This document shows positions 1 through 12,369 of a stretch of DNA of 64,000 nt, one piece after another. Both the position numbers and the translations under genes were made by a program. The stretch comes from Selaginella moellendorffii (Eukaryota; Plantae; Lycopodiophyta), in contig NW_003314268.1 in the NCBI RefSeq assembly GCF_000143415.4, positions 3,666,559-3,730,558 on the forward strand. The letters run 5' to 3'. Positions within the stretch are counted from its first letter, which is position 1. Every line of letters starts with the position of its first letter. Under the pieces are notes generated by a model. That model ran no database searches, was not told the DNA's origin, and worked only from the letters and a program-made list of their open reading frames with translations.

Positions 1-791
1 ACACGAGTTACTATCTTTTCGATCGAAGAAGCTGAGAACATCCCGACTTTGGCTGTTCTTTTCTCAAAAAACTTTGGCTACCTGTTTGTTCTTTCTCAAA
101 ACTCTGGCACTGAGTTTTCTTTGTTTTGAAAACCAAATGCCTCGGAAGAACAGCTCGCTGGCAATGATTCCAAGCGCGAAAACAAAGAGCGCGAGCAAGC
201 ATTGAAGAACACCAGGCATACGTACAGCGCGTTGCCAGGGAACAAGACAACGCGAATGAATGAATTCGGATGGATCGATGAATCGAGGGAGAGCTTTGCA
301 GCTTCACAAAAATTCCTGGGTGACCACCACCAGGCAGGCATTGCAGCGGTCACGACAGCAGGAGACAAAGCGCCTCAAAATTCTTGCACACCTGTAAGAA
401 GAAGAAAAAAAAAAACAAACAAAGAATCTCTGTGAGAGATGTAACATCACCACTGTTGACAAAAGCATTTACCTGTGTAGTGTCCTAGTGGGGACGAAGA
501 TCAAAGGAATCACTACCGAGAAAACATCAGCACTTAAACAACCAAAAAAACGATTTTGGAATCAAGAGAGAGTCCTCACTCACAGGCTGTTTGGAAACCG
601 ACCTCGCTCGGATTGATTGATTGATTTGCTTTGTCTTTGTTACGTACACACCGATCGAAGCGATCTCTCTTTCCTCCCTTTAATGATCCTTGCTAACCTG
701 GAACACAGCCAGCCAGCCAGCCAAGAAGATCAGCAAAACACCTGAGGAAGTGAGAGAAGTTTGCACGAGCAAGAAAGAAGAATACCCGAGC

Positions 792-1898
792 TTAAATGCT
801 GCTGGTTGACCACGATGCGATTGGTCTGCCACTACTACTCCTTGTCGTTGCCTCCTCCGCCCGGCCCCCGGCCTCTCGCTTTATTCTCGCATTTACGCTC
901 TGATCGCCCTCTCTGGCCTCGCACTCCCACAGCGACGGCATTGCCAGGGCGGAGGAGGAGGAGGAAGTGGTGGTCGGGTTTGTGGCGCTGTGCGGGACAT
1001 AAACGCCCTCTTGCGTCGTGCCGTGTGATGGCCTGGCGTTGATGACGCCTGGCGTCGCTTGCATGGAGCTGTAAATCCCCCCCGGCGACGCCGGATCCAT
1101 GAAACTTCCGTGAGACGACGGCGCCGACGATCCTCCTCTCCCCGAGACGTAAGAGAAGCCGCGGAACTCTTCCAGCCTCCTCAAGCTGTATGGCGGCTGG
1201 TAAGTCTGGAAGAATCCTCCACTGGCGCTGCCACCATCGATCGAGAAGCCCCCCGGAGCGCCGCCGTGGTGGCCGAACGAGAGAGCTGATCGCGTGGGCT
1301 GTGGCCGGACGAGCCCCGGCGATGCCCCGAAGTAATCGAACCGGGCTGGCCGGAAGGACGAGGCGAGCATGGGTGGCGGCGCTGGAATGCCGGTCAGGTG
1401 CTGGACCATGGATCGAAAGTTGGCGCTGTCCGCCTCGAGGACCGTGGTCGGGGGACGCCGGGACGCTCTGGATCGCTTCTTGCTCACCTTGGTGGACGTC
1501 GCGCCGGCCGAGGAGGGAGCGTTTAGAACCGAAGAGCCAGCGACTAGAATTCCAGTGCCCGAGTGATGCTCCGCCGCTGTCTCGTCACTGGATGATTTGG
1601 GAAAGCCGGGGGCGAAAGCTCCAGTAGTAGCGCTCGTGTGGAGGAAGCTGGTCGAGGCGTGATCGAAGGTGGACGATTGCGAGGCGACGTTGCTGCCGGC
1701 TTTCAAGAGAGAGGTCATGACGGGATCCCAGCTCTGATCGTCGGATGATTTGTGATCGTGGAGGTGGCCGCTGCTGCTACTCCATGACGGCAATTTGGAG
1801 ACGACCAGCGATCCCGGGGATTGGAGCTCCATCTCTAGAGCCTCGCCCGCCTGGGATTTGAATGCCAGGTTCTCTTGGTACTCAGTCTCCCATCCCAT
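792..1898 (-). CDS. VQ motif-containing protein (WRKY/MAPK-interacting regulator)
   Basis: ORF contains KKRSRASRRPPTTVLEADSANFRSMVQHLTG, i.e. the FxxxVQxLTG VQ motif with its typical upstream basic block. First ATG (MGWETEY) is at 1898; single coding exon. Confidence 0.9.
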   Translation of the reverse strand: MGWETEYQENLAFKSQAGEALEMELQSPGSLVVSKLPSWSSSSGHLHDHKSSDDQSWDPVMTSLLKAGSNVASQSSTFDHASTSFLHTSATTGAFAPGFPKSSSDETAAEHHSGTGILVAGSSVLNAPSSAGATSTKVSKKRSRASRRPPTTVLEADSANFRSMVQHLTGIPAPPPMLASSFRPARFDYFGASPGLVRPQPTRSALSFGHHGGAPGGFSIDGGSASGGFFQTYQPPYSLRRLEEFRGFSYVSGRGGSSAPSSHGSFMDPASPGGIYSSMQATPGVINARPSHGTTQEGVYVPHSATNPTTTSSSSSALAMPSLWECEAREGDQSVNARIKREAGGRAEEATTRSSSGRPIASWSTSSI

Positions 1899-2938
1899 GA
1901 TAGAAGAGTGGGAGATCGGTATCTCCTGGCCCAGGCGCAAGGAAAGAGATTACCGCAAACCTGGTTGGACCGATCGATACGATAGAGCTCCCGGATGTGG
2001 AATGGCTCGATTTCGTGCGGTCAAGGATCAAAGATTCCGCCTAGCGCCCGCCATAGCTTCGCTTTTGTGGTGAGTCACGTACGCAATGTCGTGGGAGTAC
2101 AGTCCTATCGCCACAAGGAAATGGAAATGCCACGAAACGCTGACCTGCGGGGCAAATCCGATGCTGACGCGGAGGCGCCCGTGCGCCGATCGATCGATCG
2201 AGGAAGAAGAGCTCAAGAAGAAGAAGAAGAAGAAGAAGATTTCCTATTCCCCAGGCCGGGAGGACGGAATTTCGATCCAAATTTCGAGGACGATTGAATG
2301 GGGATGCCTGTGCGCCAAGATCCTGTCTAGAGCATCACGGCGCAAGAACCTTTCTTTAGGGCCAAGAAATCTCGGAAACCGCGGATTACGAGCGCGATCG
2401 GCCGCGCTCACGCCAGATTCCGATGCCGGAATGAGAATGCGAGGGCGGCGGAGGCGAGGTGGAGGAGGACGAGGAGGAGGAAGCGGATGAGCGAGGAGAA
2501 GAAGACGAATGATCTTAAATCCATTGTCTTGGGCAGCAAAACCGATGATCCTAAAGGCGCCATTCGCACGCTTCTCCGGATCCAACAAAAAAAATTGCGA
2601 GGGAAAGGGCCAAAACTAGAAGCGCTCTCGCTCTCTCGATGTGGCTTAAACAACCATGAAACCTCCCCGTGTCCGGCGCTCGTCACTCGCTACACAGTCA
2701 ACACACAACACTTAAAATAACGTTATTTTAAATTGGGGCCCCCGCAACCGTCGGATAGGGGACCACGCCCCACCGTCAGATGCCCGCAACTGGATGGATA
2801 TTCTAGTATATGCTTCACTAAAATTAAAGTATGGTCGATTAGTATGATGAGTAGCAAAAGAGGATAGCAAAATATATGATGAAACAAGTTGTTCCAAAGT
2901 TCCAAGGATATGATGATCCTGGAATTTTTTTTTTCGTG

Positions 2939-5900
2939 TCACTCCCCCTTGAACCATCCATTCTGCCACATGATCCTGCCTGTTTGATCCGCCGCTGCGT
3001 TTGCTGCCGATGATCCTGACGAGCTCCGCCTTCCAAATCGCAAGAACTTCCGGATGCCTCTGAGCGGCTTTGACGTCGACGAGGAGTCGAGCTTTGCGCA
3101 AGATGGAGCCGAGTTCTTCTTCTCAAGCAGCGCGGTGGCGTGGCCCCGGGCATCTGGCGATGGCAGCCTGCACATATGAGGAAGCTTGTGAGACGCGGAC
3201 TTGAGAGGCTTGATACCGATGGTGGCGGAGCTGGTGGTAGCGGTGGCGGAGTTGGAGGTGGTGGCGTTGCTTTGAGTGTTGTGCTCGTTGGCCAAGAGAT
3301 CGAAGAGCGGCTGCCTGGTCGGAGAGCCCGGCTCGCTGGACGATCGGGCCATCGCAGCGTCTGAAGAGCTCTTCCTGGTCGCCACCACTGCGGGGAAGAT
3401 CGTGCACTTCGGCTGCGTCTGTCCGGCCACCACGACTTTCCTCGGGAGAAACGAGCCAACCATGAGTGTCGGGGAGTCCGGATTGTAGATGGCCGTCGCC
3501 TCTTCTCCCTCGTCTTTGCTCGAGCCGAAGCTCTCGACTTTTGGGTCGCCAGGGCCGCATATCGCACTGGACACGCCTGACACCTCCGACTGCGTTCCCG
3601 TGGTGCTGCTGAAGTCCTCCAGCGGCGGATACACCTTGTAGGCGGCCGGGAACTGCTTCTGGTCGAGCTCGGCAAGCTCGAAGAGAGGAGTTGCCTTGGC
3701 TTTCTCGAGTGGCGGCGCTTTCTCCGGGATCTCGACGTCGATGACTTTCTTCACTTCCGAGAGCTCGTCCTCCCTCTCAAGCTCTTCAATCAGAACGCTC
3801 ATGTCAATGGAGGCATGAGCTTTTGTGGCTGCTGCTGCGTTGCTCACGTCTGGAGCTGTTTCAAGCACAACTTCGACAGTATCAGAGTCGGGACTCCCGA
3901 CTCTCATACTGGACTCGAGACGATGTTCATCTGTTTCTCCGTCCTTCAACTCCCGGTTATCAACCTCCTGCTTGACTTCCTCAGCACTAGCACCTTCCAC
4001 AGTTGGTATGCATGCTTCGTCTTTCACCTGCATTTCTGCCTGGGCCACGTCCGGACAGGCTTCGACGTCTGTCACATCCACTCGTAAGAAAGTCACCTCC
4101 GGTTCTAGATCATCTGCCAAGTTCTCTTTCTGTAAAGACGTCGCGTTCCCAGCAACTGAACAGGAGCATGAACTCTCCGTGTCATCGCCCTCGAGCTTCA
4201 TCTCAAAAATCTCGCTGCTGGCGGAGCAACTGTCGGCACTGGTTTTCTGCGACTTTGAGTCTTCCTCTGTTGGTTTACCTTTCACATAACTGCTTGCAGA
4301 TGGTTGCCGAGTCTGAGGCACTTTCTTTTGATAAACTGCACCGTCGGACTTGGAGGCTTTGCCCGGTTCTCCTTTAAGCTGATTGTTGTCAACGATTTTC
4401 TTCGTCATAAACGGAGGCCCCTTACTCTTTCGCTCCAAGAACTTAAACTTCTGGGGACCCTCGAGATCACTTGTGTATAAGGGGTCGGCGTTCTCTTTGC
4501 CGTGTTCCAAATGCAAGCTCTCTGCAGACCTTCTTTGTATTTTGCTGCCTGAAGAGCTTGAGGCACGAACTGTTGTGCTTGATTTTTGAGAAGAAGGTGA
4601 AGACTTTCTGACAGAGATAGTCCTAGCGTTGTTTGCGTCTGCCTTTAACACCAGAGGAGCGGAATGAACGCTTGACACGGAACCCGTTCGCTTCGAAGGA
4701 ATCCTAAGCTCGCAGCTCTTGGACTCCACGTCCTGTTATAGAAGCGTAAGAACTCTAGCAACTGAGATAAAGAGATACAATACCTTTTTACTTCTTGATG
4801 TCAAGGTGGCAGTTTTATCGGTTAATCTCATGCTGCGTGTAGACAGTTCTGCTCTCCGTGTTTCCAGCACGTCCTGCATAGCCTTGAGCTTCGCTTCCTT
4901 TTCCGCTTTCTTCAAAACAGGTTCATGCTTCAGTTTGGCTTCTCTTTTTTCTTGATACTGGTCGTAAAACCGTCCCTTCGATTCTTTCTTCTCAGCCTTC
5001 TGAGTGTTGTAACTTTCAAGGTCGCTAGTCTTCCAGACACAAAGTGACTGTCTTCTGTTGTTCTGCGCAACGGTGGCTCTCTGGTCGAGGAACATGTCGT
5101 CAAAAACGAATCCCGACGACTTGGATAATGGTCTCCACTCAATGTTATCCAATTCCTCCAACTCCGTTGCCTCAGCCACGACAGCTAAAGCGCTGGGTTT
5201 TCGAATCGCCTGCTTATCTTCCTTGCAGCTAGGATGCTGCAATAAAAGAGTTTGCTGAGGGACGACTTCCTCCGGACCGGCTTCAGGAACCGCTTCAAGG
5301 TCGGCTATGGTCGGTTCCACTATCACTGCGTGCTTGTCTGGCTTGCTTTCTGCTACATATTGTTCTTCGGAAATAGCTGGCTTTACGGGCTCCGTCACTT
5401 CGATGTCTTCTTTGGTGATCTTTTTCTTCAAAGCATCGTCCACCTTCTGCTGTTTGCTTTCGAACAGGCTAATGGCATCTTGAACGCTTATTGTTTTGTG
5501 CTCGACCTTGCTTCTAGAAGATTCTTGGAGCAGCACGTAAGGATTGTTCACCGATTCCCTGGCTCCAACGACTAAGTCCTCGTCTGCGAGAGGGCTAGGA
5601 TCCTCAGTCTTCTGTCTTCTGATAACCCGTTTGCCGTCTGGAGACATCAAAGACCCGTTTTCTACTTTCCTCGCATGCAACTGCTGCAAGGTGCTTAAAA
5701 CCTGTGGATCCCATGTCTTACGTGCTTTGCTTTTTCCTGATCCACTGCTCGTTTCCTCTGTGCTGTCGCTGGTTTCTGACTTGTTCGACATCAGCTGTAT
5801 GCTGGCATCCGACGAACCCGAAGAGATAGAATCGAATAAAGATTCTTCTGGATTCAACCCTGAATCCTGCCTCTTCTTGCATAGTGTCATATATTTCAAA

Positions 5901-6946
5901 CACGCCTCCCTGCAAGTACATCTTCGGTTAGTACATGACAAATTCAACAAAATATTGTACCAAAGACGTGGTGCACCAAAACAGTTTGCAAATACCATCA
6001 GGTCCGAAATGCACGAGACGTTGAATCCCGCGGCAGTAGCATGGGAGAATGCTTTTTTCTGTTCGTGCAAAAGCATCATCCTACGCATTTCCATCGCTTT
6101 GAGCAAATCCTTCCTGCAAAACTTGCAAATGATCAATACATCTTTCTCTTGATACACGAAACGCACTTGGAACCATCTAATAGAGCAATGCCTGCATAGT
6201 CAAACGAAGGTCGCTTCGGGTAAACCTACGAAAAAAGTTAGTGACGAAGATCCACAACTGCGCACTTGAGTGATACGCTTACGTACCTTGGTCTGGCTTC
6301 CGTGTTGCTCTACATCAGACTTGTACAAAGAAAGATTTCCTGCACAGACGAGACATTTGAGACTTCAGAAGCCCTTGCAAGGTGTGAAAAAAGTACCTGT
6401 TCTTGGAGTAACAGGAGCACTCTAGAATCGAAGCACGGGATCAGTAATTCTGAAAAAGAACTCAAGCGACGCCTTACCCATGAAGAATCAGAAATAAGGA
6501 TCGAGGTTGCGTCATCGAGCTTTGCGAGCTCCGCTTCGAGTACGCTAACACTCTCCAAAACATCCGGAGTGCTGACAAATCTCACAAATCTAGCTCCAAA
6601 AGGAATAAAAAAATTTAAGCCCACAGATAATTTAAAATGAAGTTGTAATAGCTTACCGTTCTACAGTTCTCTTAGTGAACCAAGGGGATCCATCCCCAAC
6701 GAAAGGCGGGGCTTGCAATATGATGAAGCTCCCCCCTTTCGCGATCTGCTCCTTAGCAGCCCTGAGATGCGCTACAAACGGCTTGACCGATCCAGAGGCC
6801 AGCTTCTCGTTCTTATCTCCAGCGCATATCCAAAGCTCACATCTGCGAAAGAAATCCCAGTAGCAAAGCGGCATTCCTCGCGACAAACCTCACCTGGCCT
6901 CGTTGAGCTGGAAAACGCAGTAGTCCAACGGCGTTTCCCCCTTCAT
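2939..6946 (-). CDS. COP1-interacting protein 7 (CIP7)-like protein, multi-exon
   Basis: N-terminus MKGETPLDYCVFQL...RCELWICAGDKNEKLASG..KPFVAHLRAAKEQIAKGG...WFTKRTVERFVRFVSTPDVLE; mid-region AFSHATAAGF...DL..FANCFGAPRL and GRFYDQYQEKREAKL; C-terminal RGIRKFLRFGRRS. These are the family's conserved blocks. Confidence 0.85.
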
Positions 6947-7669
6947 CCCTGCCGGAATCACTCGATCCTACCCTGATCTAGCTGCACGGCGCCGCAAGCA
7001 CTCAACACCTGAGCAGCAATCTTGTTTTCCTTGCCTGGATCGCCAATGCTGCTACAGATTTCGCTACCGGTAGCGAAGAACGCGGCGCCAGCGCCAGAGA
7101 AAGAAACGCGAGAGCGCAGTCTTCCGCGGCATGGCGATCCTGGCGCTAGCGCGCCCAAAATCTCTCCTGTACTTTAAGCCCTAGAAAATGATCGAAGCCT
7201 TTGTTCTGTTCTTCCGGAGTAGCCTATAACAGTATAAATATTTCGAAAGACAAAAAAGATTTTGGAGCCACCATATTTTTCACTGCCCGCCACTGTCGTG
7301 CCGCCACGTTCACAAGATTTTGGAGGGAAATTTTCAAACTGGTACGGAGTTCGAAACCAGCCACCCCCACATTGTTTATAGCGCGCTGGTAGCACAGTAT
7401 CCATGTTACGATGTGACATTGGTAAACGTTTAAATTCAAAGAAAACGAGGTGTGTGGTGTTCGATGGCGATTTCTTTCTCTTTCTTTCCCTCTTGGATTT
7501 AGGTCTTCTTGATTGCGCTGCCATCGCCACTAGCGCCGCGTGACAGGCGCATGGATCTCTAGCCGTATGAATGCGATGCTTGTTCTAGAAGAGGTCCTCC
7601 TGGCTCAAGTGGGGTACTCGTGTCAGATCGATCGATCATCGCTAAGCTTCGAGATTTAGGGCAACAAGG

Positions 7670-8490
7670 ATGGAGTGCTATGTTGTGGTACACAATGTCG
7701 CAAAGCGGCACAACATCGGGACGCTTGCTCGCAGCGCCACGGCCTTCGGCGTTTCGGAGATGATCCTCGTCGGGAAGAAGGATTTCAACAGCTTTGGCAG
7801 CCATGGCTCCGCGCACCATGTCCGCTTCCGGCACTTCCATTCGCTCCTCGAGGCCAGGGATTATCTCAAGGTTTGGTCGATGATTTTTTCTTTCCTTCCT
7901 TGACGTGTGGCTTCCAAAGGGAATAGGTTGTGATATCTGTGGAGTGGAGATAACCGAGGGCGCTGTGGCTGTGCACAAGCATCCATTTCAACGTAGCACT
8001 GCGTTTTTGCTTGGTAACGAGGTGAGAGAGCTCCCCGTTGGCGATCAACGTCGATCAACTTTAGGTGTTTCGTCCCAGGGAACTGGTTTATCGCCCAAGG
8101 AAATGGAGATTTGCGACTTCTTCACCTACATACCTCAAGTTGGCTCCGGCACTGCGTCGCTAAACGTTACAGTCGCTGCCTCGATCGTCCTGCACCACTT
8201 CTCTGGCAAGTGTGCTTTAAGTTCGATGACAAAACTTTGTTTTCTCGCTTCCCTTTCTTTCAGTATGGGCTGGTTTTCCCGAACGTGAGAGAGACGGCCA
8301 GAAGTTCATCGTTGCCGACCGTCCTGCCCGTCGCCAAGGCCTGATATGCTCAAACCCGGAAGAAGTCACTCAAGCGCGGCAGCAAAAGAAACTAAGCGGC
8401 TCCACCGACTGGCTAGACTCGGAAGAACAAGCTATGGCTCCCGACGAACAAAGAATCGCAGGTTCTTTGCTTGGAATTTTTTACGACTAA
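7670..8490 (+). CDS. SpoU/TrmH-family (SPOUT) tRNA/rRNA methyltransferase
   Basis: HNVAKRHNIGTLARSATAFG; FLLGNE|GTGLS; YIPQ.GSGTASLNVTVAASIVLHHF SPOUT motifs. Four exons, stop TAA at 8488-8490. Confidence 0.9.
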
Positions 8491-8616
8491 CACGTAAATC
8501 CCCGGTAGAGTTCTTTGTTCCACAGAAACTCGACTTTTCCAGGACTTCCAAGTAGGGTTCTTGGCATCAGTGTGTGATGAGGTGAAGTTCTCTCCGGCAC
8601 TGCTTCCCAGCGAATT

Positions 8617-9579
8617 ATGCCTGGACCAGGCCCTCACCTCATGTACACACTTGCCATGGGTACAGGAATGATGCATCTCTCGCGAGGAGCTTTCACCTCG
8701 CACCACTGTCTCGTCTACACGCTCAATGCGTTCCTCGGACCGGACTTGGGCTCCTTTTGCGAGTGGCTTGCACAGACGAGCAGCTTTGGTCGGGCTCTCG
8801 GCTCCAAAGCCATGGACTACGTCCACGACCCAGTGTACTATGTACTAATCTTGGGAGCTCCTCTCTGTTCCATGTACAGCAAGCTTTCAAGAATTCTACT
8901 CCAGGCCGGATTTCTTCCAACACTACCCGGGGTAAAGCTTTTTTGTTTTTTTTTTTTTTCTCCTTTCTTACTTATCTTTGCTATTTGTTGTGTTTGCAGG
9001 TCCACTTGAAGCCTAAAGAGTGCTTGTACCTCATCGCGGCCGGGAGTCTCTCACAGTTTTTTCTTGACAACTTGTTCGAGGTAAATGCCACAAGATCTAA
9101 GAACGCGAGTTCGAGTTTTGTGAGAATCCGTGGCAGGAAAATGGTCACACGAAAATGCTTGTGTGGATTCTAAGCACCGGGTGGTGGCACGGCGCTGCTC
9201 CGCTCGATTTCATGTCGGTTTTGATCGTGGGACTACTCTGCAGTGTACTCCTTGCAAGTTTCATCTACATCAACAGGTAAGTTCTTTCGAGAACTCCTTC
9301 GATCAAACTTAGTTTTCTCTTTCTTTGTTCTTTAGATCGATCAAGACAAATCATTCGCAGCCTCTTCGAGCGCTGGCTTCCATCGCCATAGTCGCAGCTC
9401 TCTACACCCTCTGGTGTGCGATCAGAGTATACGTGATGGTTCCCCGATTGCCTGCCGTGGGAGAAGAAGCCGATTTGGGAATTTTGGTGTTCTTGGCGAT
9501 TTTTTTCTTCGCCCCTCATGCGCTGTGCGTGGCGTCCATGCACAGCATTGACACTTCCAGCGAAATCCATATGGTGTAG
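8617..9579 (+). CDS. conserved plant multi-pass membrane protein of unknown function (possible YdjM-like metal-dependent hydrolase fold)
   Basis: MPGPGPHLMY...NAFLGPDLGSF...VHD...SQFFLDNLFE...WILSTGWW...GEEADLG; several hydrophobic segments; four exons with GT-AG introns. Confidence 0.75.
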
Positions 9580-9619
9580 AGTTTTTTTAACTTTGTGTCG
9601 GGCCTGAGAATTAGGGTTT

Positions 9620-10492
9620 ATGGGTAAGGGCAAAGCGAGGCGGAGGCGGCAGCACAACTATGAGGCGGCGCACAGGACAGGTCTGGAGCTTGCGCCTCCG
9701 CCAGTGATGAAGGATGTGGACGCGATTCCCAGTAAGCTTCGCGCGATCATGAAAATCATGGATCCTCGCGGGGGTAAGTCTTTGTCGATTTTCCTTGGGA
9801 AACTTTGCCTCTAAAAATGTGGTCTTCAAGGCAAGCAGCCAATATCAGCTGGCAAAGTTGAGAATGTAAGTAGTTTTCTTTCATGCCTAGCTAGAACTTA
9901 CTCGTGTTTTTTGCTTGCTAGGCAACAGCAGTGAAGAAAGATGCGGTAGGGGCTCCTTCCACCGATCAAACTCCGGCTGATGCAAGTAAGCCCGGATCCA
10001 AAAAGAGGAGGCGAAACAACACCGGCTTGGACGAGTTTGCCGAGAAGCTGAAAGCCGAGAACGATGGAGGCAAGAGTCGGGAGCGACGCAAGAAGTAAGC
10101 TGTAGAAGCAAAGCTTCCAAATGCCACAATGCTGACCACACCATGGCACAGGTTTCTCAAGGAGAGGAAGGAAAAGAAGAAGCAAAAGCAGCTGGATGCC
10201 ATAGACCACAGCCTCCAGCAACTGTACAAGCACGAACAAGTCACGTTTGGAGAGGTTGCTCAAGCTCCCCCAAAGCTACCTCGGCTGCGCAAGAAGGTAT
10301 GTGTCCTGGAAACCGTGCAAGCCATTTCCAACTTAGTACGTGGCTCTTTTCGGTTCTGTCCAGGATGAAGATGCCGCTGGGCCATCGCTGGTCTCGCAGG
10401 AGCGCCGGAGGCTCCAAGCGGTGGAGGCGTATAGAATGAAGAGGGACTGGCAGTCGAGGCCTGGCTCACGACTTGACTCGAATCTGAGCTAA
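9620..10492 (+). CDS. CCDC137-like basic coiled-coil (putative nucleolar) protein
   Basis: MGKGKARRRRQHNYEAAH..LAPPP...DAIPSKLRAIM; EQVTFGEVAQAPPKL; ERRRLQAVEAYR. Multi-exon, K/R-rich. Confidence 0.7.
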
Positions 10493-12369
10493 GTTTTTTT
10501 CCTCTTTTCCTTCCTTTTCTAGAGAATCCCAGGAACTTCGAGCCAGCGCTCTCTCTGTCAACACAAGCGAGCTAGGCAGGCAAAAAATGCCAAGCCAAGC
10601 AGAAGGGAAAAAGAGAAGGAAAAAAAAAGTGAGGCTCCACTTACGCGTGGTCGAGCTGATGTCCTTCACGCTGTCCTCTACGTACGATGGGGGTGGAATC
10701 TTTTGCGGAAATTTTCGAAAGCGGACACTTATTGTCCTGGTGCTGAGAGGATGGACGATGATTTGGATGGCTTACGTAAGGTCGGCAAGCATTCGCATGA
10801 CAATAGCGAAAGGGAAAGCAAAGCATGCTAGAAACTACCCGAGTTTGTTTAGAAATGGATGTGTCAAAAGCAATGCTAGATATGCTCCAATTTCCAGCAT
10901 TTTCCAGTATTTTCCAGCTATCCATCTTGTTCGTGAACTTCAAAAAAAGCTTTGTCTATGCGGTGGTATGTTTCAATTCTGGCATTTAAAACCCAATTCG
11001 GTAGTTGCAATAGCACGCATGTCCCAGCGCTCGAATGAAAAGAGGCCAAACTCTCTCTTGTCTTTAAATCTCTCCAAATTATCATATCTAAATTGTAGAC
11101 ACTCTTTTCTACAACATGCACACAAAACAAAAGGACTGGAACAGTACAACCACATGGCTATGACCATTCTTCTTCTTCTTCTTCTTCTTCTCTTTTTGTC
11201 TATGATCTTCTGTTCTCTAGATGACTGAGGAGAAGAAGAAAAGAAAAGGGTAGATTGGATCCACCAAAGTCTTTGTAGTCTTTGGTCCTGGGCTCTCCAA
11301 CACTTAATTAAGAGCAGTGTTCTTTGGGCTTGAGAGATGTGTGTGCTTAATGATCCATCTTGGACTAAACGGGATAGAAAATGTTTAGTCTTCCTCTGGG
11401 GGCGAGAGCACGGGGAAGTGAATTGAATTTACTAATCCCCAAGGTTGAGAAGCTTCTCCCCTTCTGTTTGCCAACCAAACCACCTGGGTTTTGGATTTTC
11501 TCAGTATTTAAGCTGGAGATTTGCAAACTGCAAAAAAAAAAAAACATACAACCAAAAACACATTAAAGGACAAAAAAAATTAAGAAGAAAAAGGTTTTTG
11601 CATTGAATGTCTCTGCAGAAGGCATGGCTGGCTTGGGTCTGTAATGTGTAAGGTAAGGTAAGGCTGCTGGTTGCTGGCTGCTGCTTCTCATACTACATAC
11701 ATGGATGGATATTGATAGTCCCTCTGCTGGCCACTCCTCTTACAGGTGCAAGAGTGTTTTTGGTGATCAAGTGTTACTTCTCACAAACACTCCCTTGGTC
11801 CCAAGGGAGGATTTGTGTGCTCCCTTTTCCTTGTACTCAATCTTGCAGTTCTTTCAATATGCCTGCACCTCTGTTTTCTCTTTCCTTTTTTTCCTCTAAG
11901 AATGTGATTGATCCTACAGTTGTATGCTTTTCTTTTCTCCTTTTGCTGCAGATGGGCTGCTGCGGATAGCTGAGCTAGCTGATGCAGTGCTGCAGAGACC
12001 GCAGCAGAGGAATTGAATCCTGTCTGCTTTGGGTTGCTTTCTCTCCTTGAGAATTGCAGCTCTTTTCCTCCCTCTTTTTCTCTCTCCCCCGCTTTAGTAG
12101 CTCTGTGATTTCTTCAGGGGCATTTGCTGCTAGAGAAGGAAAAGGAAAATAGGATAGGACTACCCTCTCAACTCTGGTGTAGATTCCTCAAATTCCAAAC
12201 GTTTTTCCTATGGAGTTGTTCTTGCTGACGCGCGCTCTGTGAGAGCAGACAATTGCAGCTGAAAATTTCCCCGCGAGCGGCATTTTTGATCCCCAAAACT
12301 CCTCCCACTCGAGCTTTGATCTCTCTCTCTCTTTCTCATTCGCTTTCTCCTCCCGGCGAGAGAAACTTT

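Noticed and set aside
1995-2720. Several overlapping ORFs upstream of the VQ gene
   Set aside because: GC-rich promoter/5'UTR with GAA and GGA simple repeats; no family similarity.
10587-11228. 213-aa ORF
   Set aside because: No recognisable motifs; it runs through a (CTT)n tract and intergenic-looking DNA, so probably a chance ORF.
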